Source of the DNA: Macrostomum lignano
Lineage: Eukaryota
Direction: 5' to 3'
Assembly (NCBI GenBank): GCA_002269645.1
Contig: NIVC01002427.1
Span: forward strand, 62,001 to 126,000
DNA: 64,000 nucleotides
Within the stretch, counting starts at the first letter, position 1. Each line of letters begins with the position of its first letter. The notes under the pieces are model-generated. The model saw nothing but the letters and a program-made list of their open reading frames with translations. It had not been told where the DNA came from and searched no databases. Shown in pieces: positions 1-49,368 of the stretch. The position numbers and the translations under genes were made by a program.

Positions 1-1983
1 GATTGATCTACAGTGCAGCTGTCCGCACTGCCGCTGAACAGTCGGTGCCGCTAATGCGGATGAGGATGGAGGATGAGGAGGTCAGACAGGCGGCAGACAA
101 CGTGAAGAGCATCCGTCTGAGTGGCCAGCCAGCGTACGATGCAGAGGGAGGCCCTGGCTACTAGGAGCGGCAGCTCGCCGCCGTTGACGACGCCATTCGA
201 GCCGTCTCTGCTGCAGGCCCTGACGCAAGGAGCCGCGTGGCCTGGTCCACCATCAACACCCTGACGGGGCGCAAGCAGCGGGCGGCGCTCAACCTGGCAG
301 GCGACACCCCGGACGAGCGTAAGAACAGTCTGCGCACGTTCTTCGCCGCCATCGTCAATGCACCGCCGCCGCCCACGCTGCCAGCTGATCTGCAACTGCC
401 GCCTGAAACACCAGTGCCAACGGTGGAGCAGTTCAACACCAGTCCAGTCACCCCTGCCGATGTTGTGACCCTCGCCTTTAAGACCCCGGGTGGCAGGGCG
501 CTGGGTCCAGACGAAGTGCCAATCGAGGCGCTGCGCATCAACTGCGTGGCCACTGAGGTCACCCGTGTGATCAACAGCGTGCTTGCCGGAGGTCCAGCAC
601 CTACTGAATGGACCATGGCACACATCGTCGGCATACCAAAGAAGCCTGGCACCACCAAGCTGGAGGAACATCGAGGCATCTGCCTAATGTCCATCGCCGC
701 GAAGCTGTTCAACCGGCTCCTGCTTACCCGGTTGCAGCCCGTGCTGGATCCCTACCTGCGGACCGAGCAGAATGGGTTCCGGCCTAGACGCGGCACTGTT
801 ACGCAGATCCTGGTCCTTCGGCGAGTCATCGAGGAGGCGCGCACGCGCCAGTCAAGCCTGATTGTGGTCTTCGTCGACTTCAGGAAGGCTTTCGACTCGG
901 TTGCCAGAAGCGCGCTTCCACTGGTGCTCAGAGCGTACAACGTGCCGCAGCAACTGGTCAGTGCTACGATGGCGCTGTACCAGAACACCAGAGCTGCGGT
1001 GGTGACGCCAGACGGCCTCTCGGACACCTTCGACACGTCATCCGGAGTGCTCCAGGGGGACACGCTGGCGCCCTTCCTGTTTGTACTGGTTCTGGACTGG
1101 GTGCTGCGGACTGCCCTACCAACAGCCGACGATGGCTTCCTCCTGCAACGCCGTGTGGGCCGCCGCCAGCCAGAGCGTCGCCTCAGCATCCTGGGCTACG
1201 CCGATGATCTCGCCCTGCTGTCCTCAACCGTCGAGGGCGCCCAACGTCAGCTGGACCGTCTGGTTGGCGTTGCTGCGAGCGTCGGTCTGGTGATCAACAC
1301 GCAAAAGACCGTCGTGCTCACCATGCCCACCAACATCCAAGCCGACATCTACTGCCGAGGCGCTGATGGGCAAACAACGCTGCTGCCGCGCGTTCAGCAG
1401 TTCGTGTACCTCGGCGGCCTGGTACCTGACGCCTTCGACGACCTGAGGCGTCGCCGTGGACTCGCTTGGGCGGCCTTCAACTCCATGAGGACCGTCCTGC
1501 ACTCTGCGGCCCTCCCAGACCGCCAGCGCTCGGCGTTGTTCCAGGCGGTGATCGAGACCGTCCTGCTCTACAACGCTGAAACATGGACGCTGACGGAGAC
1601 GCTCGAGCGACAGGTCGAGCCTTCAAGATCGGCGGCGGCGAGCATGTCACCAACGCGGCGCTGTACGCCCGAGCTCGCCTGGCCCGCCCCAGCGATCTGC
1701 TCCGCCGCCGGCGGCTCCAGCTGGCAGGCCACCTCATCCGCGCTGAGGTGTACTGCCCCGAGCCGGCGCAGGAGACGCTGCTGCTTGCGCTACCGGCGCC
1801 CTTCCGGCGGGGGCAGGCGCGCACTCGGCGGTATCCGGACTGCCTGCTGCCCGATGCTGGCGCCCCCGACCAGGCCGGTGGACCGGCCTTTCTCCGCTCC
1901 CGTGCTCTGAGGTGCGACCTGTGACGTCCAACATCGACCCTGGGGCGTAACTTGTTGTTGTTTTTGTTGTTGGTGTAGGTGTG
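1..1983 (+). mobile_element. RTE-like non-LTR retrotransposon, 3' part (RT domain, C-terminus, (TTG)n tail), degenerate
   Basis: ORF 237-1910 has RT motifs IPKKPG, QNGFRPRRGT, FVDFRKAFDSV, GVLQGDTLAPFLF, LGYADDLAL and FVYLGG. There is an in-frame TAG near 162. A deletion/frameshift near 1615 moves the C-terminus (RRRRLQLAGHLIR) to ORF 1583-1924. A TTG-rich tail lies at about 1951-1975. The 5' end is outside the window. Confidence 0.92.
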
Positions 1984-3268
1984 CAGATTGATCACCGTCC
2001 GCCCCAGATGCGTCGCTTCCGACCACAGCTTGGTTACCTGCGAACTGAACCTCTTCTGGACGAGATTCAGACACCCCCGCCGAAGCCTCTCTGGGCAGAC
2101 CTGAGGAACCCAGAGACTCGCACTGCCTTCCTTACCGAGCTCTCCAACGCGAGTCCCGCAATCACTGAGACAGCTGAGGCCTTTGCGAGTGCCGTCGGGT
2201 CGGCAGCGTCAGTTCTGCCTAGACAAATAGGACACCAGCCAAGGGCACTTTGGGACTGCGACCGCGTGATCGCCACTGCCAGACGCTCTGCACAGAGCGC
2301 CGCTGCGCGTCACGGCGAGGACAGCGACCAGGCTAGACTCGCCAGAGACAACCTGCAGGTGACGTACGCCCAACGCACTGAAGTTTTTATTGAGGAGGTG
2401 GTCCAAGAGATCCAAGCCGCCACCAACAACTGCCGGCACACCGCCTGGCGAGCAATCAACCGCCTCACAGGACGAAGACCCCGTCCGACCACAGTCGTTG
2501 GCGCTGAGTCCATCGAGCAAAGAAAGAGCCTGCTTGTCGACCACTACCGGCAAGTTTTAAATCCCCCCTCCCCGACGTCTCCCCTTCTCCTCGCCGCCGG
2601 CTTCACTCCAGCCCAGCATGGCGACTTCTACACCGGCCCGATCACCGCCGCGGAAGTTACCAAGGCGCTGAAGAGCATGCGCGCTGACGCTGCCTCTGGA
2701 GTCGACCGAGTGCCTCCCAGGGTTCTGAAGTTGCCAGAGCTTACAGACAACATTAGCTCGTACTAGCATCCTGAACAAGTAATGCTGTCTCGGCGGCAAC
2801 CCAGCTGCCACGGCCGTCCCCCTCTGGCGTACTTCAAGAATTGTCTCCATCCCGAAGAAGGGCGCCTCCACGAGCCTTGACAACCAACGTGGCATCGCAT
2901 TGGAGTGCACGCTGCCAAAGCTGCTGAACGCAGTGTTGCGCAATCGGCTCCTCCCTGTCCTGAACTCGCTGCTGCTCGAGCTTCGAAGCGGCTTCAGACA
3001 AGGCAGATCCACCACGGAGCAGATCGTGGCCATCCGGTGCATTGTCGAAACCTGCAAGACTCGTCTTCGAGCCGTGTCTATCGTCTTCGTTGACTTCCGG
3101 AAGGCCTTCGACTCTGTCAGCGGGATGGCTTTAGCCTGGCTCCTGGCTCAGTACGGCGTCCCTGACACCCTGGTGACGGCAGTTATGGACCTGTACCACA
3201 ACTCCAAAGCGTTTGTTGACTCCAGCAACAGCCCTACGGACGAGTTTGATACCACTTCCGGGGTGCTC
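1981..3268 (+). mobile_element. Second, divergent RTE-like non-LTR retrotransposon fragment (end of APE domain, linker, N-half of RT)
   Basis: It starts with IDHRP (like the SDH motif closing APE endonucleases). It continues through frameshifts and a stop into IPKKG, SGFRQGRSTTEQI and FVDFRKAFDSV, and breaks off at TSGVL (3268) before QGD/YADD. Confidence 0.88.
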
Positions 3269-4362
3269 TTTGTTTGTAGCTCTTTGTCTGACTGCAGACT
3301 ATATGAATCACTTTGACTTTTAACCGGTAATGACTCAGCGTCTGGTGCGACTTAAACAGACTCAATGTCCGCGAACTCTTAACGAGCGGAGTGACTTGAA
3401 TTGTTTCTCTATTTCTGCTGACAATAGTCCCAAATAACTTATACTCACGGTAGCTGCGAGATTATGGTCTAAGGCTATACTGCTTATGCTGCACCAGCCG
3501 AAGAGCGTTACCCTGAGATGGTCTGATAGAGTAATACCAATGATTTCTTGATAAATTACGTTCCCCAGTAAATCGATAGTTAATCCCAAAGCTAGATAAG
3601 TCAGGAAATTAAAGGTAGTTCGCTGCCACCAATCGAAGCTATGATTAAACTGACTGAGACAAGCCGTTTCTCAAAGAAAGATTTGCTTAGTAAAAACTTA
3701 ACAACTTAAATTGACTTCGAACTAATAATAAATTGACAAATGTAATTATTGAACAATAAACAAACTAGCGTACCAGCGGTAAATTATTAATAAAGACTTA
3801 ACAACCAAAATGAACAAAAACACATAAATATAAACTCAGACTCCTATGTCCTTACTAAACACAGCTGTTGGAGCTGATAATTTTTAGGTCTAGTTTGACT
3901 ATTCTCAATAATTATGAGCTTTGCTCACACAAGATTCATGTTGAGCATCAATATCTAATCGATTCACTAAGTTACTAGGCACTACAGGCCGGGCTTACAC
4001 AAGCCAATTACATTAACTAGACTGGAGTGCACAGTCCGGGCAAACAGAAACAACTCACAACGGGCAGGCCCTACAAGCGCGCAGAGATTCAAACTGGTGC
4101 GCGCGGTTTTTATACCCGCAATGCAAGTGCATTATAACAAATAATAGACACTTTGTCGCGCAGTTACTGTACGCTATTCGTTGACACGTGTGCATGAATC
4201 TCCAATTAATTACTTTCGCATGTTAGTTATTCTTCATCATTAACTAGTAATTTTAATAATTAACACGTAATCCTAGCAGCCCCTACCACGCAAGCTGCAG
4301 AAGCTGGTGGGCGAGCAAACTCTCAACTAGGCCTGCCAAAGGTGATCTGTAACGGCCGGTCG

Positions 4363-5195
4363 TTACTGCGCCACCGCGTCAACAAACCAGCTGTCCAAGC
4401 TCAAAGAGTCGGCTGTGTTGATGGATGACCAATTGAAGAGCATCCTCGGTTGGTGGAAGGTGGCCTTGCGGCAGCAGCGAGGTCGTGAAATTTTGCCTAT
4501 GGGCAAGAGACCGTGGCGAGTCAGCGATGCCGATGCGGTGACATGTGGCGGCGCAAGTGGTGCTGCATCCTGTTCGAAGCTGGCAGACCGCTGTCGCGCC
4601 TCTCTCGACTGATGCGGTCGGTCGCTGCGCCCCCAGAAGTCCAGATGGAGTCGGCGTCTGGCTCTGCGAATAAGCGCCTTGGCTGTGCAGATCGAGATGG
4701 CCTGTTGGCGGCAGCGTCTGCTCTTTCGTTGCTTTCCAGCCGACGTGGGCCGGCACCCAGGTGAGGCGCTGCATTGCGCTGAGGTTGGACCAACACTCCT
4801 CACCAGGCGGGTCGCTCTGATCACAGGGGCCGCGCATGAGGGTTAAGAGTGCCGCTTGGCTGTCAGTAAAAATGTCAGTACTAGTCCCAATGTCCCATGA
4901 TTCGTGGTCAGGTGTCGGATGCTGTCCAGGCCGATGGCGATTGGAGTCAACTCCGCTGTAGTGCTGCTGCAACTCTCTCCTGCCGCTGCGGTGCGCACCA
5001 GGCATGTGCTCGGTGACGCGAAGGCGCCCCCCCAGACGCTCCCTGCGAAGTGGGCAACGGCCCGGACCGTGGAAATGTAGGCCGTTCGGAGAACTGTGAA
5101 ATTTGCGCCGTTGGATCTCGTGGCTAGCGCCGCCAGTGGTCTTCTGCGAGCTGCCATGCGCTTGCTGATGTCACGGGCGTGCTGGTTGAAGGTTT
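4363..5195 (-). mobile_element. Degenerate RNase-H-bearing LINE (I/Ingi-like): RT thumb, RNase H and C-terminal remnant
   Basis: Minus-strand frames give FNQHARDISKRMAARRRPLAAL...LRTAYISTVR (RT thumb), CSSTTAELTPI, IFTDSQAALL, WVPAHVG, ESNERADAAAN (RNase H) and QLRTG...HRIGIADSP. There are multiple frameshifts. Confidence 0.8.
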
Positions 5196-5630
5196 TTCTG
5201 CAGCTATCATAACGCGTGCACTTTTCAGTTCTGCTTTGTGGAGCTTTTACGAGCTAGCTTTATTCTAGCTCGCAACGGTCAATAAATCCGTCACGGACAT
5301 CAAAGACTTGAGCAGCTCTTACAGTATGAGGTTGGGCTTTGATTAATTCATAATTCTCTCTCAGAATTTTACCATGCAATTGATAAAAAATGGTCTTGGT
5401 GAATGGTATTGGTAAATCCAAAGGATGACTTTTTAATCTTTTTGTGTAGGAGCCAACCTACTCTCATTAGGATTGGTTCGGTGCTACTTGTAGACTTCTT
5501 GATTGAATGACTCAAAGTTAGTGGATGGTACTAATAGCAGAATATCATGCATTTTAATAGCGGGATTGAAAATGTATTTGATTTCTTAATTTTGATTTCT
5601 TTCATTTAATTAAAGAAAATTGTTGCGTCA

Positions 5631-6190
5631 GGGTCATTGGGTCGGGGTCATTGGGTCAGGGTCATTGGGTCAGGGTCATTGGGTCAGGGTCATTGGGTCA
5701 GGGTCATTGGGTCAGGGTCATTGGGTCAGGGTCATTGGGTCAGGGTCATTGGGTCAGGGTCATTGGGTCAGGGTCATTGGGTCAGGGTCATTGGGTCAGG
5801 GTCATTGGGTCAGGGTCATTGGGTCAGGGTCATTGGGTCAGGGTCATTGGGTCAGGGTCATTGGGTCAGGGTCATTGGGTCAGGGTCATTGGGTCAGGGT
5901 CATTGGGTCAGGGTCATTGGGTCAGGGTCATTGGGTCAGGGTCATTGGGTCAGGGTCATTGGGTCAGGGTCATTGGGTCAGGGTCATTGGGTCAGGGTCA
6001 TTGGGTCAGGGTCATTGGGTCAGGGTCATTGGGTCAGGGTCATTGGGTCAGGGTCATTGGGTCAGGGTCATTGGGTCAGGGTCATTGGGTCAGGGTCATT
6101 GGGTCAGGGTCATTGGGTCAGGGTCATTGGGTCAGGGTCATTGGGTCAGGGTCATTGGGTCAGGGTCATTGGGTCAGGGTCATTGGGTCA
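5631..6190. repeat. Near-perfect 14-bp tandem array (GGGTCATTGGGTCA)x~40
   Basis: Unit read directly from the sequence; it explains the GQGHWVRVIGSGSL ORFs in three frames. Confidence 0.98.
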
Positions 6191-6304
6191 ATGAAAAAAA
6201 TGAAAAACTTAAGTGAAGTACACGGCTCGTACCAATTTAACAATAATTACATTTTGTGTCATGAATTATTTTGTCCCAGATTAAAATTCGATATTTTTTA
6301 ATTC

Positions 6305-8927
<2,623 letters not shown>

Positions 8928-9898
8928 TTTTTCTGCGCTGGATTTTAGATTGCTAAGGTAAAATTAGATCGACCGATTTTACCTGGAAAATCACCCAAAT
9001 GATAAATTTAAAAAATATATTTACAGTAGAAACAATGTTTTTCTAAATTTCAAAGCTTTTGTTGGCAAGAAAAACTTCGAATAAAAATTGCAAATCTATT
9101 AAAAAAAATTTTAATTTATCACTGCAGATAACGATATACAATATGGTATTTTTGTTTTAACGCTTAAATCTACTGTAACCAACAAGTTCGACTTAATTTA
9201 TTCGATCCGAATTTTCTGTTTAGGTTTTGCTGCTGCGTGCCGGGCCTTAATAGAATTTTCTTTTGCTTATTTGATTTACAATTTTTTATGTTACAACAAA
9301 AATATATTCTTTTGTCAACTTTTTATTTGGTGTAGACTATAAAAGCTTTTACACGCGTATACTTTGTCTATATTATATATAAGCTATATGGTTTGCTGCT
9401 TAAAACTCAAATTTCACGCTAGAGTTTTGTGACACAATCTTATAGGCTTTCTTTTGCTAGCTAATGTGTATGTATTTATTAGGGCTTAGATCGCGTATAA
9501 TACAACTTTACTTTGAGTACAATAGTAATTCTTTATTTATGTATATGTAAAGGTTCAAGCGTTAAAAGTAATAATTACTTTATACTTAAATCCCAACATG
9601 TTCATTTCAAATGACAATGAAGGAAGTTAATTCGTAAAAAGAGGTTTCCTAATTTAAAGTATACAAACATAGTGGTCCAGTTTTAGGCTCATATTAGTAT
9701 CCATTTTCATGACTATTTTCTAGATTTTTTAGCCATAAACAGAGCTAATTCTCACTGTGATTAGAAAAACACTATATATTCTTCTTTTATATACTCTTCA
9801 TATTTATATTTCTAGCCTGATAATTTCCAATCGGCAGCTCAATTGATCACAAAAAAGCTAAATACAATTTACTGACCATGTAACAGATGGTGAGCTAC

Positions 9899-9909
9899 GC
9901 CTAGCAACC
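9899..9909 (+). promoter_or_regulatory. Candidate RFX X-box-like site GCCTAGCAACC between the divergent genes
   Basis: Matches the CCTAGCAAC core of RFX motifs and lies between the two putative start codons (8927 on -, 10734 on +). Motif match only. Confidence 0.35.
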
Positions 9910-10473
9910 TTCTGTAGGGGAAAACAAACTCATACTCGTGTTCGTCAGAAGCTTATCAAATTTCAACAGCTTTTCCCCATCCATCCATCTCATCGGATTT
10001 ACCTATTGACGATTTCGTTGCCACTTTTTTGGCACTACTGGGAGGCCTGTGTCCACACAGTGCGCTTCTTATATCCGTCTCATGTTACCTTCACCCAATT
10101 CTGGTTCGATCTGCCACTGAGTTACCATTGCTGAGTAGAAACAGTTCACTTTCACTCAGTACTGTTAATCTACTACGAATTTGTAAGCCTCGAGCAATCT
10201 TAATCTCCTATCTTAGTGAGTCTGGCTACTGTAGTCTACCTGAAGGCTGGAGCTGGGATTTCAATCCCCCATCCCCTACGAAAGGAAATCGAGTTCCGCA
10301 TTCTCTACTACTCTGTGTGTCCGTTGTCAAGGAAAAGGGTGACAAGGGGGAGCAAGGAATTGAGGGATTTGATCAGGTAGGCATAGACAGGGACGAGGGG
10401 AGAAGGAAAGTTCGGGATGTGGCCTGCTGAGGAGCCAGGATTCCAGGAAGGGAGGGAAGCAAGGGCAGCTGAA

Positions 10474-10566
10474 CCAATGACGTCCTGCTGGAGCAGACCG
10501 TGTGAGTACTCTGAGTGCTCTGCCTGCATGCCTCATCAAGCCGTGTCTTCCTCGGCCGTATAAATA
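10474..10566 (+). promoter_or_regulatory. Candidate core promoter of the RP1-like gene: CCAAT/CRE overlap and TATA box
   Basis: CCAAT 10474-78 overlaps TGACGTC 10478-84, and TATAAATA lies at 10559-66. There is no ATG between the TATA box and ATG 10734. Confidence 0.45.
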
Positions 10567-10733
10567 CCTCAGCTCATTTTGTGGGAAAGGAAGATTTTGC
10601 GGAATTCCTACAAATTCAGATAAGAATTTGGCTAACGGAGCATTCTGGTAAATCACAAAGCAACCCCTTTTTCGAGCTAAAAGAGGCTACTTGAATCGGC
10701 GCAGCACCTGCTCACTTCCCTTCGGGCTGGAAG

Positions 10734-46791
<36,058 letters not shown>

Positions 46792-49368
46792 CCCCCTGAT
46801 TCCCGTAGTATGATAACTGATTAAATATTAGCACTTAACAGATATCGTAAATTTGCTGCATGTACTAATGGCGAGGAGTGTTCATGTACATGCTTTTGAG
46901 GCTCTCTACGAGAAACGTAGTCTGTAAATTGCTACGTGACAAATTTCCTTCACAATATGCAGTTCGTTCAAAGTTGTTCCATTAGTTTGAGGGCGAGAAT
47001 TTTTATTTTATACTGTGGGATAATTATTTTTAGATTTGTATAATTAATTTAATCTAACTGATTTTATGCATAATGAAATATAAGACTCAAATTGATCTTT
47101 GTTAAGTGAAAAGTTTTATCCACTCAGAGCTACGATTTCCGATATTTCCTTTGTTCGATACTCCTCATATCGTAACTTATACCAAATATGATATTCTATA
47201 TTCCTTCGCAATTTTGTTTAAAGTAACGATTTGTTTGAATCAGTAGAATAATTTTGTAATCAACCGATGCACACGGCAAGATACTCGTATATTTATTATT
47301 TAGTTGTAGCAAAAAATGTGTTATTTTAGAAAGAAATATAAATATTTATTTATTTTTACTTTTAATACCGGGTATCTTCGAACTACATGTAGTACTTGAC
47401 TGTTGTAAATGTGACGTGTACCTCTGCTCGTATTAAATTTTACACCAAAGTTGTAAGTCATTTCAGTCACCTGGTGTGACTCGCGATAGCAACTTTCCGA
47501 GTGTTAAGAAAAAACTCATTCCGATTCTAAAAGGCTGTATTTTTTTTTAATCTTCTAGTGTAGAATGATTGTGACGTAATAATTGTGACAGTTAAATAAA
47601 ATAGCTGAAAAGTGCACGCCTTTTAGCCGCTATCAACGCAAGCACTTCGACTTAACTTGATACGCCTGTGGACTTAATACGAGCGAGTTATTAATTAATT
47701 AATCCTCTGTGTCATTTATAAAGCAATTTCTTTATAAATAAACTTTCTTTATAGTAATCATGTTTCTATACTAGCTGGAATAGGTTGTAGATACTGCTTT
47801 CAAAAGTGTTATGTCTCTTATTATTAGCTGAGCTCAAAATATTGACCATAACACTAAGAACTAGCCACGGCAGGTGTCTAAAGCGGGCTGTCGGTTGAAA
47901 TGTAAAGGAAGCGAAAAGTGAAGTTCCCCTCGTACTCGTGTAGGACTTTGATTTGCAGTTCAAATTTATCTTCGGATTCTCAAATATTCAACAGCAATTA
48001 GTGCAGCTTTTGTCTTTTCATTCATCAAAGAGCTTCCAAAACGCGTCTGTGCAAAAGCCAACAAGAAGTTATAAGATGCTTGGCCATGGAACGTCACGAA
48101 ATTTTAACATCACAGCGCAGAACTTCTTTTCATTGAAAAAAATCAGCAGAATTGTTCTCTTGTCTATCTTGTAGACCTGACGTATTTACAATCGAGTTTC
48201 TTAGGCCGAGAGAGTCGACGAGATGATAGTCAAATTTAATCTGCAATCTGTTGCTGCAAAGAATACGTCTGTACTACGCTCGCACTAAAGGCAGAAGGAG
48301 AAGAGGTACATGCAGTGCTTATAAAAAAACTTATTCAATTTTTCTTTTTTCTAAAAGAAGTTTTGGTTAGAAAAAAATGAGTATTTTATCGTCCTCTAAC
48401 TACACCATTGTTATTTTTGATAAAATAACTAATCGAGCCGATCATTCTATAAAATCAGTCCTTCAGTCTCAGTGGATGCATGGTTCCTGGTGGTGGTCGA
48501 GCCCGTGGTCCTGTTTTAAAAAGCAGACTTGGAGGCTGAGGGAGTCGCTCGAACAGCAGGTTACCAATGCATTTGGTCTTTAAAGTCGGCGATGAGCGAG
48601 TTGCCAAGGCAGACAGCACTGTATCGCCGCTCCGGCTTGGTCCGTCCATCCAAACGACCTGTTGCACCGTCGATGACTCCAGCAGCTAGCTGGCCACACC
48701 ATCTGCATCGCTGATTCTGCGGAAAGCCTACCGGCGAGAATATGTGCACACTTGGCGTCTCAAGAGCTGACGCCGGCACTTCGGATTTCTACGAGTCCAT
48801 CACGGCAAGAAAAAGTTTTTTCCCAAGAAAAGACGTGTCCCGTTCTACAAGTACTAATGTTCTAGCACGAGTAGTAACATTTGAACACAAAAATACTTTA
48901 CCAATGGCGGTGACAGGTATAATATTTTTTAAAGTCAGTTTTAGGGTCCCCACAATAAGGCTTGAATAGTTTTTCACCCCATCATCCAACATGACACGAA
49001 GAAGGTTCAAATGCATTTTAGATTAGCCCTTTCAATTCGGAATCATATATTTCAATTTCTGGCTGTGCACTCGGGTCAGGAATGGACATCTGTAGTTAAC
49101 GCAGCGCCAAGTGAGGACTTACCACATGCATAGCTCGTACAGTCTCGAGGAGGGCTTTTCAGCTTATTTCATGCCCCTCCGCTGGCTTTGTGCCAAATCA
49201 ATGGTCATCTGACCATAGAAATTCTCAGAATTCGAGGACCGCTTCGTCTTTCTGTTCTGTCCTCACAAGGTCCATGGGATAAGTATTGCCACCAAATTTA
49301 TGAGGACGGGGCATAAATGTCATTTTCGGCTTGGTCTACGCATTTCCACCAGGCAAATCGAGTGGTAA

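Noticed and set aside
5620-6301. Long ORFs of GQGHWVRVIGSGSL repeats
   Set aside because: They are read-throughs of a stop-free 14-bp array, the same peptide appears in all three frames, and there is no gene context.
9880-9895. ATG|GTGAGC as the first coding exon of the RP1-like gene
   Set aside because: Phase 0 does not fit acceptor 11521 (phase 1), and the phase-1 frame has an upstream TAA with no ATG. It could still be a non-coding exon.
48480-49260. Possible minus-strand gene (exon-like NQRCRWCGQ...DQMHW with AG/GT borders)
   Set aside because: Neighbouring exon-like segments have stops in all frames and I recognise no family; it may be a relic.
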